A DNA stretch of 64,000 nt from an uncultured Nitrososphaeraceae archaeon (GCA_963837175.1 CAWIMJ010000012.1:199724-263723), one strand, 5' to 3'. Positions 21,972 to 33,999 are shown, numbered from the stretch's first letter. Program-made: numbers and translations. The notes: a model not told the origin generated them from the sequence alone.

Positions 21972-22856
21972 TCAACTTGAAGGAGGAATTATTAGCAGAT
22001 CTCTTTCCTTAAGTAGTAAAGATCTATTGCAATCTTTACTATGATTGTAGTTGTTATTGTATATCTTTACATCTAATATGTTGATGTTACCATTCCTGTT
22101 GTTGTTTGTAATTTCAATGCGCTTGTCAAATCGTGGAAGAAGAATTTTGTCATATGCATATGATTTGTTTTGATGCTGCTGTTGCTGCTGAAAAGATACC
22201 ACAACTAACGTATTCTCATTTTTTTTAATTGAATAAATGATTTCTTTTATCAAGGATATTGCTTCGTCGCGATCGATGGAAGGATCCTTGGTGAACAAAT
22301 TTAACAGATCAGCGATCACCACTACTCCTGCATTACCATCAAATTGTTGCTGAATCACTCTAGGTAATTCATAAATTAGTAAATCTGCTAATTGGTAGAT
22401 TGTAAACGCTCTGGTTACCATTATATTCTGCAAGACCTTCTTAATATTCAGTCCATATTGTCGTGCAAAATTTACACATTGATAAACGTCTGAGCAGGTA
22501 CCTCCAGCATCAACAAAGATCACATTTGTAGATTCAAATCCACCCTGTCTTTTTGACATTAAAGAGCGAACACATAGTCTCATAAGAATTGTGTTTGTGT
22601 ATTTTCTTTCATCACTTACAATACACACACAGTCTGCAATTGTAAGACTAATAAACGAATCTATCTTTTCAATATCAAAAGTAAGTATTCTTCTTCTACT
22701 TCTTCTTTTGTCCTCAATATCAGAGTATGCTGTTTTGAACCTTGGTAATGATGAGAGTGATTGTTCTGACGACGATAATGTAGATGATAAGTACTGCTGA
22801 TAGTGCTGATTACTAGGACTGTTACTACTACTATCGCCATCACTATCCAACCTCAT
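21972..22856 (-). CDS. Inactive RecA/RadA-fold protein (type linked to PolB2 operons)
   Basis: VIFVDAGG...ARQYGLNIKKVLQNIMVTRAFTIYQL...VVVIADLLNLF; no Walker A motif. Confidence 0.7.
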   Translation of the reverse strand: MRLDSDGDSSSNSPSNQHYQQYLSSTLSSSEQSLSSLPRFKTAYSDIEDKRRSRRRILTFDIEKIDSFISLTIADCVCIVSDERKYTNTILMRLCVRSLMSKRQGGFESTNVIFVDAGGTCSDVYQCVNFARQYGLNIKKVLQNIMVTRAFTIYQLADLLIYELPRVIQQQFDGNAGVVVIADLLNLFTKDPSIDRDEAISLIKEIIYSIKKNENTLVVVSFQQQQQHQNKSYAYDKILLPRFDKRIEITNNNRNGNINILDVKIYNNNYNHSKDCNRSLLLKERDLLIIPPSS

Positions 22857-23157
22857 TTGGGGAACTGACTATTCTACCGTATAGTACCTAATAAAAATTG
22901 TATTATACTACTAATATTATTATGGAGTAGTTAGTTAGTCAATATATATTCGTTTTTTTGCTATTGAGGTAGTAGAATAAACATATACACTGAGCCTCTA
23001 TCTTATATTTTGATTTGTTGAACTATTGAACAATGAACAACATATTAACCATTACAAAAACATAAGAAAGCAGCCTATTGAATTACAATCTATGCTATTT
23101 TTGGATGTTGAAGTTTGGGTGAGTGTTGGTGGTGGTAGTAGTGGTAGAAGTGATAAT

Positions 23158-23237
<80 letters not shown>

Positions 23238-23242
23238 TTAAA

Positions 23243-23737
23243 CTACATAGCCTTGCTAAAATCCCATGCTGAGAAGAATTTTGGTGTAATTTCAATCACA
23301 ACCTCGTTCCCATTTTTAGTATTTTCTATTATCATCTTGGCAACAGGATGTTCAAGCGTACCCAGGTACTTTATGTTTATCTTTTCTACTATTGGCAAGT
23401 TCTTCTGCGTATCTTCAAATATTCTTGCTACTCCTCTTCCCTTCACTCCCTTGTAAGGATATTTCTCCTCGTCAATAGAAAAATAAATCTTGTCAGGATT
23501 TCTCAGAATATTCTTAATCTTCTTTGACATTTTTGAGGTGGCTGTGTATATCTTGCCGGATTCTTTGTCATAAAGGAACCATGCAGGCTGGATCATAGGA
23601 TATCCTTCTTCGTCAATAGTTGCGATCTGTATGTTGAGTTTGCTTTCAAGAAATTCTTCAACTTCTGTCTCAGTGACAGATTTGGGCATGCCTGGAATAG
23701 CTTGGATGACTTTCAATGTACGTCTTTTAAACGTCAA
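23243..23737 (-). CDS. Pyridoxamine 5'-phosphate oxidase-like split-barrel flavin/F420-binding protein
   Basis: IATIDEEGYP...PAWF...SKKIKNILRNP...YKGVKGRG. Confidence 0.85.
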   Translation of the reverse strand: MTFKRRTLKVIQAIPGMPKSVTETEVEEFLESKLNIQIATIDEEGYPMIQPAWFLYDKESGKIYTATSKMSKKIKNILRNPDKIYFSIDEEKYPYKGVKGRGVARIFEDTQKNLPIVEKINIKYLGTLEHPVAKMIIENTKNGNEVVIEITPKFFSAWDFSKAM

Positions 23738-24935
23738 CTTTTGATATAAACATTGGGAGTAGGAAAAGAATATTCTTGGCGTGTGTGTATGTGTCTATGC
23801 CAGCGGCTAATAGAAGAATCAACCCCGGCCCAGAGCGAATGATGATGAAACGCATGTAGTTATTATGATGAGATTGTTGTGTAATATTTCATCGATATTG
23901 ATGAAAAATGTACCATACGATGCAAATTTCCGAACGCTTGGAAATTTTGAACCTGTCCGTATCTGGTTGATTATGTAATATTTTTTTCTTATCAAGTACT
24001 ATAAATCAATTCTTCCATCATCTTCCTCTTTTCATAATTAATATCACGATGACGGAACTGTGTAACTGCGATGAGGTGCTTGCGCTTAGTTTCTTATCCT
24101 ATAGAACAATTTCATTTCAAATGCCCTCTAGTAAATGAGACTTGATAGACTTTGATAGGATTTTCTTCTTTACCTGTTGCTTCCTCTTCGTCTACTGAAC
24201 AAGTAAGATATTGATTTGCCCCACCATCTCCAACAAATGATACATTGTTCATCGAAATTCTTATATAATATAATTTCTATTAATGTCCTACCTTCCTGCA
24301 ATAGAGGATGAAAATGGGGTAAGCCCCAAGAAATATCCTATTATTGCATGGAATTGGTGAGAACATAAAAACCGTATTCCGAATATTATGGTAAGAATAC
24401 GGAAATACTTCCACCAATATTTAGTACAAATAATTAGTAAGGCTATTTTGTTATGTTTTCTCTTTATTTCAATACTAATCTACAGCATCAAAGAAATTAT
24501 ATCATCATAAGAAGTTGTTTTATTATTGGCTATTGTATTTCTTTTCTATTGCTTTGTTTATGATTTTCTAATACGTTTGACATCATCTGCTCAATTTTTT
24601 ATTTTAATGAAGGTTGTTTGAAATGGAATATAATCCCGTTAGAAATCAGTATTTGTACAATGATGCAGCAGCATTTTGTAGTTGAGACTGTTGTAATAGC
24701 AACCTTCTTTGCTGTTACTACTATACAGTTACTCTAAGTTAGCCCTCATGAATTTAGACATTTGTGGTTGCACTAACAGACGATATATGGGGTATCTGAG
24801 GAACTTAGTTTATTAGTATATGACGAGCTGTAAATCAGTAATATATTAAAAGTTAAAGCTCAGATAAACTAGGTATTAGATAGATATACCACCTTTCCAT
24901 ATCCCACTATATGTATGGAAAATTGCATGGAGTGT

Positions 24936-24990
24936 GGGGTCAAACTCATACCCAGAGGGGGTCAAACTCTACCCCGAGCTGGGTAAAAGT
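24936..24990. repeat. Three direct repeats with a 22-bp period (GGGT[C/A]AAA core)
   Basis: GGGGTCAAACTC at 24936 and 24958; GGGTAAAA at 24981. Confidence 0.7.
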
Positions 24991-25690
24991 GTTTGAATGA
25001 CTAATTGTTATGATTAAATATGTTTCATGGAATAAGTTGGATTATCTATATGTCTTGACAACTGATCAGATTGTAATAGATGCTTTTAAAAGTCCTCGAC
25101 TGGAGAACAGTACGGTTTATTTTGTTGCTTATAGTCTATATGTTTAACGCGCTCCTTATCGCTCTAATCAGCTTGACAATAATAAAGCAATATCATATCT
25201 TGTGCTACTGCTATTGATCTAATTCTTGCATTGTGGTTCCGGCGTTAGCGATATTCCTCAATCAGAGCTACTATTGAGGAAGGAAAAAGAACAGATATGA
25301 CAATCAGGATATGAATAATTATCTATAGGTAAGTGGCATAAGTAATTTTCAGTAAAAAGAATCAATTGGAATCGATAACTGAGAAGCCGATAATGAATTA
25401 AATAGTTCGCTGGCCAAAACAAATTTGCTTTAACCTTAAAAGGCTTTTTTTACTGATTGCTAGCATTAGATATCCATCCAATCAGATAAAACAGCCATAC
25501 GAATATCTAAGTGCAAAACCTGTAGATAGTAGACAGAATGGCCAACTCTAAAAAGCCAGGTTATTATTAGCACATGACTTTATCTGTTATCGTGATATTA
25601 TAAATTCAAATAGCAACCTTTTTTGTCTATGTAGTTGGTAACTTAATTCATTTTGAATATGCTCTTCATCTTCTATGCCAACACCACAAC

Positions 25691-26701
25691 ATGCGGTCAC
25701 AATATCTTATCAATAAAATTATATATGCTCTACAATTTTTGTTGGTGATAATGATAAAGATTACAAGAAATTTTAGGTCTGGATTTGCCATTGCTATTAT
25801 ATTAATAACGTTTCTGACAAATGCTGCTATTGTAATGCCAAATATAGCCTATAGCCAGTCTCCATCCTCCATTCCAAATACGAGTAGTAGTAATACTGCC
25901 AATAATAAAGCAGTAATCTTAAATTTTGACGATGCATACAAGAGCCAATACACTAATGCTAAGCCAATTCTAGACAAGTATGGATATAAGGCTACTTTCT
26001 ATATAATCTGCAATAATGTAGGAACTGATGGATACCTTAGTTGGGAAGATATTGCAGCATTATACAATGATGGAAATGACATAGGATCTCATACTATGAA
26101 TCATGTAGATCTTTCTAAAACATCAAAAAAAGAGACTCAATATGAAATAGGTGACTCAAAACAATGCTTTCTTGACCATGGCATTAATACCACAAGCTTT
26201 GCATATCCTTTTAATGCAGGATCTGATAAGGCATCAGTAATCGATGTAGTTGCTAAATATTATGATATAGCTAGAACTGGCACTGAACCAATAATGTATT
26301 TACATTGTGATGGATTTAAAGATGAATCAAGTCAGACTGATTGTAGAACATATTCTGATGATGGTAAACTCAATTTTGTAAATAGATACTCTATTATAGG
26401 TTGGAGTCATGATGATGCTAGAAAAACGAATTCATATGATGATTCTGAGATGTACAATAGATTCGTTGAAGTTGTCAATAGCCAGTCTATTTATAATACG
26501 GATGGTACAATAAATGCAATTCCAATAGTTATATGGCACAGAATAGATATTAGCGGAGAAGGTGATGCAGGCTCTTATTCTACTACTCCAGATTTATTTG
26601 AAAAAGAAATTAATTATTTACATGATAATGGCTTTAAGGTATTGACAATGGCAGACCTTGGATACGATGAAAATAGCAATTATTTATATCTGAAAAGATA
26701 G
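25691..26701 (+). CDS. Secreted polysaccharide deacetylase (NodB/CE4)
   Basis: Signal-like N-terminus; LNFDDAY, ATFYII, IGSHTMNH, FAYPF, VIWH. Confidence 0.9.
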   Translation: MRSQYLINKIIYALQFLLVIMIKITRNFRSGFAIAIILITFLTNAAIVMPNIAYSQSPSSIPNTSSSNTANNKAVILNFDDAYKSQYTNAKPILDKYGYKATFYIICNNVGTDGYLSWEDIAALYNDGNDIGSHTMNHVDLSKTSKKETQYEIGDSKQCFLDHGINTTSFAYPFNAGSDKASVIDVVAKYYDIARTGTEPIMYLHCDGFKDESSQTDCRTYSDDGKLNFVNRYSIIGWSHDDARKTNSYDDSEMYNRFVEVVNSQSIYNTDGTINAIPIVIWHRIDISGEGDAGSYSTTPDLFEKEINYLHDNGFKVLTMADLGYDENSNYLYLKR

Positions 26702-27345
26702 ATAGATAGAAAGATAGGAAATAAGGAAAATAGAGATAAGAAATATAGCCATAATTTTATTATATTAAATCTAATTTGTTATTGATAGAAAATTAATAGT
26801 TAGTTATACTTGCCTGCCTTATAGAATATTGCAGATACGGTCATATATTGATATGTAAAACAACTTAGTCAGGATTTATTGACAGAAGGAAACAGTATAA
26901 GATTGACAGATAATAATAATTATTGCATCTATAAACGTGTTCAGAAGAAACATATGGAAAAATAACTGGTACTCGATACATCTAATTTTTCTAAGTAAAC
27001 TACTATCCTGGCTCTTCTAAATTGAAAGTATTCCATTATCAATATATTAGCTCTTATAGAAATATAGAAACTACTAATTATTATTCTGTTAAATAAGATA
27101 CTTCATCATATATTAGACAATATCAAGATAATGCTATCAAAAGCAGTTCGGCAGTATAAAGATTCTATCTTATACGTATTATCAAATTGCTTTAAATATA
27201 GTATATTAAGTTGGTTAGTGAAGCATATGATAATTACATACAGAACCAAAATTATGTACCTTTTAACTAGTGTAGAAACGTTTGTAATCTTTAGCAATTC
27301 TATTGCTTTTCATCATCTTGAAACTCCCAATGGAGGAATTTACAA

Positions 27346-27807
27346 TTGAAAAGCAGTAGTAGAACCAGTATCTACCCCTATTCAGATAAAAAAATGCAAT
27401 ATTTAACAGTATTAGCAGCAGCAACTACTCTGCTAGCTGGAATATTGCATCTTGCAATGATAGGGTCATTCAATAAGCCTGCTAATTTTCCATGGGAAAT
27501 GCTTCCATTTAGTGACTTGTTGTTTATCATATCTGGTGGAGCACAAGTATTTTGGACTATACCTATGTTTCTGGGTTGGAGTATTCGATGGTATTATGCA
27601 GGAATAATAGGAACAGCTGGATTAGTAATTTTATTAGCAGCCTCAAGGATTCCCAATCCAATGACAGGACATGCATTACAGAATAATACGATAGGATATC
27701 TAACAGAGATAGTACAAATAGCATACATGATAATAACTGGAATAATAATTGTAAAACAAAAAAGAAGAATAAGATTGGATGTTATCTCAGAAAAAAGGTC
27801 ATCGTAA
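27346..27807 (+). CDS. Hypothetical 4-TM membrane protein
   Basis: AGILHL...GGAQVFW hydrophobic helices. Confidence 0.7.
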   Translation: MKSSSRTSIYPYSDKKMQYLTVLAAATTLLAGILHLAMIGSFNKPANFPWEMLPFSDLLFIISGGAQVFWTIPMFLGWSIRWYYAGIIGTAGLVILLAASRIPNPMTGHALQNNTIGYLTEIVQIAYMIITGIIIVKQKRRIRLDVISEKRSS

Positions 27808-28122
27808 TGGAGGTGCAACAGTATTTTTAAATTGCTGCAATCTCATTTGTTTTGCAAGGTTTGAACTTGTCTCAAAAGGTGCAAAGAGAAAATCCGTCAA
27901 TGCTAGAAATATCTAGACTAATCATATAATCAAAGTCATATAATTTACAGTTTATCCAGATGAATGCTTCTAGAAACTGCTATAAATAGATCCATAAAAA
28001 GAAGGCTTGCTAAATCAAAACTATCATTTAGAAAATATCAGAATTCAGGTACATGGTAGATATCTAACGATAGTCTTACCTTTAAGCCTAAAGTCGGTTA
28101 TGATGGATATGTCTTAATTCCA

Positions 28123-29009
28123 TTATGTCTTATTATAAGCTGTAGCACGTAATACATCCCATGGAAATTGAATTATGCCATTATGATTATTATTACTATT
28201 ATCAATAAATTGATTGGCTATTTCTTGTGCATCTTTTTTAATCGCTGAAACTATTTGGCTTCCTTTACTTTCAACTGTAGAACGAATTGCATTTGCTGTA
28301 GATGACAGATAATCTGACCAATACTCTTCAAAAGTACCTGCTTGGTAATAAAAGGTATATTTTTTAATTGATATATCAGAAAATCCCGCAGTGGCAATTG
28401 TATTGTAAAAGTCATCTGGATTTCCAAGACTATGAACAGATGGGCTTCCTTTTGCACGTATGTCGGGGATGTATTTTAGAATAGAATTCATTATGCAACT
28501 AAAATATGGAACCCTTTCTGATGTACCATGAACAGCTATAGCCAGCTTACTTTGTTCCTCTTCTTTCTCCTTTTTCATAATTCTCTTAATCATTTTTAAG
28601 ACATAAGTAGGATCAGGAAAGAACATTAATGCATACTGAGATATTACTTTGCTAAAAGAACCAGCAGGAAATCCCAAGTTTTCTCCATCCATTTCTATAA
28701 ATAATCTATTTGGTATATTTATAGAGGATTTAGCTATTGAAAGAGCAACCCTTGAGATATCAATTCCTATTATTATACCTGAACTACCAAGATAATGTGA
28801 ACTCTGTTTTGAGACCACACCTGTTCCACAACCGACATCCAATACAATATCATCAGTACTTATTTCAGCAGCTTTCACTATTCCGTTGTTGATTTGAAAG
28901 GCCCGACACCTCTATTGGCCCAATCCTTATGATAAGTTGGAGCAACATTATTCCAATTTAACCTGGTATTGATTTTGTACTGAACTGGGTCAAATACTTC
29001 ACAATTCAA
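28123..29009 (-). CDS. Class I SAM-dependent methyltransferase (UbiE-like), frameshift at about 28883
   Basis: VLDVGCGTG, ISQYALMFFPD; N-terminal part FDPVQYKINTRLNWNNVAPTYHKDW lies in another frame from TTG 29009. Confidence 0.85.
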
Positions 29010-29880
29010 TTACATTTCTTACATAAGATATATTTTAAATACCCTTTGAGATAATTATCTCTTATCTTCTTATTTAGATTGATTTGAGTCTCAAAATTAA
29101 GTGAAACTTATCACATGTTAGACGGAACCAACTAGTCACACACAAAAATATAAAACACGAATTTTGAACTGTTAGCGCATATAATAGAATATCCCTTTAT
29201 GGTAATACTTACGCACATATGTAGGTAATTTTGTTCTCTCTGATAGTCTCTCATTTGTAACTCTGTCTATATATAGAGAGAGACTTCGCAAATTGTAATA
29301 CCCATAAAAGTTTTAATAAGAATAAAAACTTGCATTATTACCTATCAAAGTCGCACATATAGATAGATTTCATCTACTGACCAAAATAATCCTGGAAAAA
29401 TAGCAGTAGGAATTAGAGAAAGAAAGAATAATTGAACGGACATTATTATCTAATAGCAACAAACTATTTATTTTATTTTACTTGCTAATCTAATTCAGTT
29501 ATATTATTTCCACATATGGTGAGTATAACTGAGTCTTCTGCTATAATTTAGATAAATTTTTTCTTTTTCTAGTTATACTGAAAAAACAATGAAACTTTTA
29601 CATTATAACCTATTATCATTCAAAATACTGTACTTGTGTAGTATCAGTTGCAATAAATCTATCATTTTCTTCTGCTATTAATAATGTTGATGTTGAATAA
29701 TTAAAAATAATTTTTTCAAGATTAAAAGGGCATGAGAAAGATTCTAACCGCAAGATGCCTTACATATTCATTCTTGCATATTATTATTGTTATATAATTA
29801 TACTATTAGGCTGATCTACATTTATTTTTCTTCTTTCCATTTCCTTTCTACTTCTCTTCCTCTTCTAATAATGATGGAGA

Positions 29881-30213
29881 CTATTGCAATGGATTATTAG
29901 AATGTCCAATAATAGTATCTTCTTTCATAATTATGCAACAAGCACATTTTTGCTGCAAACAAATCTTCGATTCTTCATGTTTACAGATTGCGCATATACA
30001 GGCCTGTTTGATAATACTACCTTTGTTATCCTTCTGTTTCTTTGTCCTTGCATTAAGATATAGCCATAATATAATCATAGACATACCCATTATCATGAAG
30101 ACAAGAAATATCCTTATACCTGCTCTGAGTATAAGCAACAATATACTGAATACCATTATGATAATGCCGTAGATTAATGGCCAAAGTGGAGGTGGACGAT
30201 TATTATTATTCAA
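29881..30213 (-). CDS. Small 2-TM protein with Cys-rich C-terminus
   Basis: Two TM helices, then CICAICKH...CLQQKCACC. Confidence 0.65.
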   Translation of the reverse strand: MNNNNRPPPLWPLIYGIIIMVFSILLLILRAGIRIFLVFMIMGMSMIILWLYLNARTKKQKDNKGSIIKQACICAICKHEESKICLQQKCACCIIMKEDTIIGHSNNPLQ

Positions 30214-30218
30214 TTTGT

Positions 30219-30464
30219 TTATTGTATAGCAATATCAAGCTGTTCTTTTCTGTCTTTATTTTTCTTCTTTTTGCGAAGTTGTCTTACCTCTTCAAGTATT
30301 TCCTTTAATTGGTCTTCTGATATCTTTGATATTCTGGAGTCACATTCAATACCTTTAGCATGAAGAACGTCTTCAGTAAATGCGATAATCTCTTCTTTAT
30401 GTTCTTTTTCCTCTTGGGTTAGCATATTATTGCTTATATACCTGAAGTATGCAAATTCACTCAT
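30219..30464 (-). CDS. Small charged hypothetical protein
   Basis: Co-directional ORF ending 5 bp before the next gene; likely start at MLTQEEK. Confidence 0.55.
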   Translation of the reverse strand: MSEFAYFRYISNNMLTQEEKEHKEEIIAFTEDVLHAKGIECDSRISKISEDQLKEILEEVRQLRKKKKNKDRKEQLDIAIQ

Positions 30465-31131
30465 AATTATTTAGATGATAAACTTACTATTTATTCTATG
30501 TCTCCTATACAATAATAGTAGCTCTATCCTCATCTTCTTAAATAGCAATATTATTTTGTTTTTGCATTACTAGTAACAGTCTATATGTATATATGAGTCA
30601 AGACTGACTGCAATGTCTCTATCTCTGTTCTTACACTACCTGTATATACGCTCTATTATGAGAGTTGTTCATTTCAGTTTCTTCTCCTCAATCTTTTATG
30701 TGTACTATTTGTTCTAGTAGTAGTATTGATTTGTTCATCATAGAGCTTGATAACGTGCTGTCATTTATCATGCAAAATAAGATTTGAAGCACCAAATAGA
30801 GAATGAGAGAGTGGGGAGAGAAAAGGCGAAGATGCTACAAAGTAATTTATAGTGATATATATACGGTAGTAGATATGCTTATTGTTCTTTACTATTACTA
30901 CTTTAATAATATAAGACTATAAAAGATGTTATCACCTCTTGATTGCCAAATATTCTTTAATTAGTGGATCAGAAACACATAGCTTAATGTATTCACAGAA
31001 GAAAATCGGCAAAAGTATAAAATAGTACAGCATAGATAAATGGCTCTTTGCTCAGGTACTCTTGTTGAATTGGAGATTAAGCATAGTACTTCTACTACCT
31101 TTTAATAGAAGTAACGAAATTTCAAATTACC

Positions 31132-32076
31132 TTGAAAATTGGTATTCTTTTACCAGTAGCTGGTGAACAAGCTATTATAGAAAACATAATTCAAACTGCA
31201 AAACTAGCTGAACAAGAGAGTTTTGATTCTCTATGGGTTTTTGAGAGACTTTTGTGGCCTTTAAATCCACAAACACCATATCCCGGAACTCCAGATGGCA
31301 GTCTTCCTATGGAGTACCAAAAAGTATTTGACCCATTAGAAACACTTAGCTATGTAGCTGCAATTACTAACAAAATTGCATTAGGAACATCTGTAATAGA
31401 TATGCTATTTCATAATCCTGTAATACTAGCAAGAAGGTTTGCTACACTTGAAATTTTATCGCAAGGAAGAGTCATAGCAGGACTTGGAATTGGTTGGTCT
31501 AAAGATGAATATCAGGTTTCTAATGTTCCCTTCAATAATAGGGGTAAAAGAGCAGATGAATTTATTCAAATACTGAGAAAAATATGGACTGACGATATTG
31601 TAGAGTTCAAAGGAGAGTTTTATAACATTCCTCCTTCAAAGATAGGGCCTAAGCCTATTCAAAAGCCTCATATTCCAATCTACTTAGGAGGATTTAGTCC
31701 AAATACATTCAGAAGAATTGTAAATTATGATGCTAATGGATGGTTAGGTGTAATTGGTGGACCATTAGAAAATCTTGAAAATACTATACAGGCTATGAAA
31801 GATATAGCAAACAAAGCAAACAAAGATCCAAATAACTTTAAAGTAATACTTTTAACATATCCTAATATAGATGATTCAAATAACATACCACCTACAACAA
31901 ATGAAGTCCAAAGATTTCCATTGACAGGAACAATTGATCAAATAGGCAATGATATCAAAAGAATCAAAGACATGGCAATAGATCAAATAGTATTTGGTTA
32001 TAACTTTGTACATGTAGGTAGAGATGTTGATAACATTATTGATAAAACAAAACAACTCTCAAAGTTTGCTAAATAA
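31132..32076 (+). CDS. LLM-class (luciferase-like) oxidoreductase, probably F420-dependent
   Basis: FDSLWVFERLL, DPLETLSYVAA, LGTSV, GLGIGWSKDEY, PKPIQKPHIPIYLGG. Confidence 0.92.
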   Translation: MKIGILLPVAGEQAIIENIIQTAKLAEQESFDSLWVFERLLWPLNPQTPYPGTPDGSLPMEYQKVFDPLETLSYVAAITNKIALGTSVIDMLFHNPVILARRFATLEILSQGRVIAGLGIGWSKDEYQVSNVPFNNRGKRADEFIQILRKIWTDDIVEFKGEFYNIPPSKIGPKPIQKPHIPIYLGGFSPNTFRRIVNYDANGWLGVIGGPLENLENTIQAMKDIANKANKDPNNFKVILLTYPNIDDSNNIPPTTNEVQRFPLTGTIDQIGNDIKRIKDMAIDQIVFGYNFVHVGRDVDNIIDKTKQLSKFAK

Positions 32077-32136
32077 AAAATGAATAATAAGATTAATAGT
32101 AATTTAATGAATTAATCATGATAAATTATTCATTCA

Positions 32137-32589
32137 TTAATTCTTCCAAGTTATTACCTTTTGTGGATATATTATTATAATATATGCTCCAATACCAATT
32201 TTTTGATATTGAGGATATTTGTCTGACAGTAATTTGTGAGCTCCTTCTAATAGTAATAGTTCATTTTGTTGCTCTCCTTTCTTATTACTTATTAACGATG
32301 CTCTTCCCTGTATCATGACGAAATAGAGATTTGTCCAGTCTTCATTGTATTCATCTATAAGTAATGCAGTATTTGGATTTGTCTGAATGTTCTTGACTCT
32401 CTTTAGTTTTTCAGATTTAGAAGGTTCTTGCTTAGTTTTCTTATCTATAGGTATATAGTAATGCTCACCATCAAACGCAAACACGACTGGTACCAAGTGC
32501 GGCTTAGATTTTGAATCTACTGTTGCTAGTCTAGTTATTCTAGCGTTGTATATTATTGCCTTAACTTGTATATCGTTAATCAGCTTCAC
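32137..32589 (-). CDS. PPOX-class F420-dependent enzyme (Rv0121-like)
   Basis: RLATVD...PHLVPVVF...IDKKTK...LKRVKNIQTNP...DEYNEDW...KYPQY. Confidence 0.85.
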   Translation of the reverse strand: MKLINDIQVKAIIYNARITRLATVDSKSKPHLVPVVFAFDGEHYYIPIDKKTKQEPSKSEKLKRVKNIQTNPNTALLIDEYNEDWTNLYFVMIQGRASLISNKKGEQQNELLLLEGAHKLLSDKYPQYQKIGIGAYIIIIYPQKVITWKN

Positions 32590-33086
32590 TAAAAGGATAT
32601 CGTGTTACGGCTTTTTACTGCTATCTGTTGCTGTCAAATAATGTTAGTACTTTTTGCTCTTTAATTTTATCATCTATTTCATTAGCAGGCAAAATATCTT
32701 TTTTGGTTATTGCGTGAACATCAAATGACTTTAAAGAATGTTTGACGGTATTTTGTAGGTTCAGGCAAACATGAAAGAATATGTATGCATACCTATGCTA
32801 TTAAATACTAATATTTCATTCCGTAATTTACATTATGTCCAATACGACTTATTTTAAATCTATACTAACTAACAAAAGTTCGTTTACAGATTTTTCTTAA
32901 TATGTAAGGTTTACTATGCTTAAAAAATCCTTTACTTAGTTTTAAAAGATATACGAAATTATGTTAGGCAGTATAGAACTATAAAGCAGCGATAAGAAAT
33001 TATAAATATATTCAATATCATTGAAAAGACATGGTTAATAATAACTGCTTCTGATGTATGTTAATATTATGATATAGACCACTGAT

Positions 33087-33419
33087 TTGTCAAAGTTCAA
33101 AAATAGAACCGAAAAATCAATAAGGGATCTAGCATTTGTTAAAGCTAAGAAAGATCATGGTCAACAGCTAATGAATATTCTTCTTACCGTTCTAGAACCA
33201 ACACGCAAAGAGGAAGGAAATATAGCTTTTGTACCACATTTTTCTGTTGATAATCCTGATGAAATACTATTTGATGAGATTTGGATTGATAAGGAAGGTA
33301 TAGATGATCATTTTAAACAATCGTATATGAAGGATCTTTTTCCAAAAATAGAATATCTGCTAGCCAAGCCAGTTATATTGAAAGCCTATCATGAGGTAAA
33401 AGTTTCTAATAGAAAATGA
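33087..33419 (+). CDS. Antibiotic biosynthesis monooxygenase (ABM/QuoI-like) protein
   Basis: PTRKEEGN...FDEIW...DDHF. Confidence 0.8.
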   Translation: MSKFKNRTEKSIRDLAFVKAKKDHGQQLMNILLTVLEPTRKEEGNIAFVPHFSVDNPDEILFDEIWIDKEGIDDHFKQSYMKDLFPKIEYLLAKPVILKAYHEVKVSNRK

Positions 33420-33708
33420 CTATATATATAATAGCCATTTTTGTCACATTACTTAGAGAGAATAATGACACATATATACACAAAACTCTTTTTATTCAGA
33501 TTAAACTAAAAACAAGAAGTAACAATAGAATGTCAAGTGTATATGTAACTCTTTAACCATCGTCTTTATATTGTCTGCTGTCACATGTCAAAAGTATTCG
33601 GACTCGTATATACATATGGTTATTTTATCAACTCACATATTGTGTTTTGTTAATGAAATAGAAGTAACTTTGAAAAATGTAAATAGAACTCAATCGTCAA
33701 AACTCTAA

Positions 33709-33999
33709 ATGAACGAGATAAAATTGGTCTTTTTTGGATTAATGGCATTAGTAATCACTGCGATTTTCTTCTGGATATTCGAAGAACCAAAAATAATAGA
33801 AGATAAGGAAGTAGAGATAATAATAGGATTGGGTATTGCATTGTTGATATTAATTATAGATAGAAGAGCTGACCGTCATCTCCATGAGATGATTCATCAT
33901 CAGCATGAATTAATTGATACAATGTTTAAAACTATTCAAGAACAGCATGAATTAATTAAAAATATACACATGGCGTCAAATCAAAAGGATTCAAATTAA
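33709..33999 (+). CDS. Small 2-TM protein with His-rich helical tail
   Basis: Two TM helices, then HLHEMIHHQHELI...QHELIKNIH. Confidence 0.6.
   Translation: MNEIKLVFFGLMALVITAIFFWIFEEPKIIEDKEVEIIIGLGIALLILIIDRRADRHLHEMIHHQHELIDTMFKTIQEQHELIKNIHMASNQKDSN

Noticed and set aside
23840-24900. Possible decayed gene in the ORF-free region
   Set aside because: Translated fragments gave no motif I could recognise.
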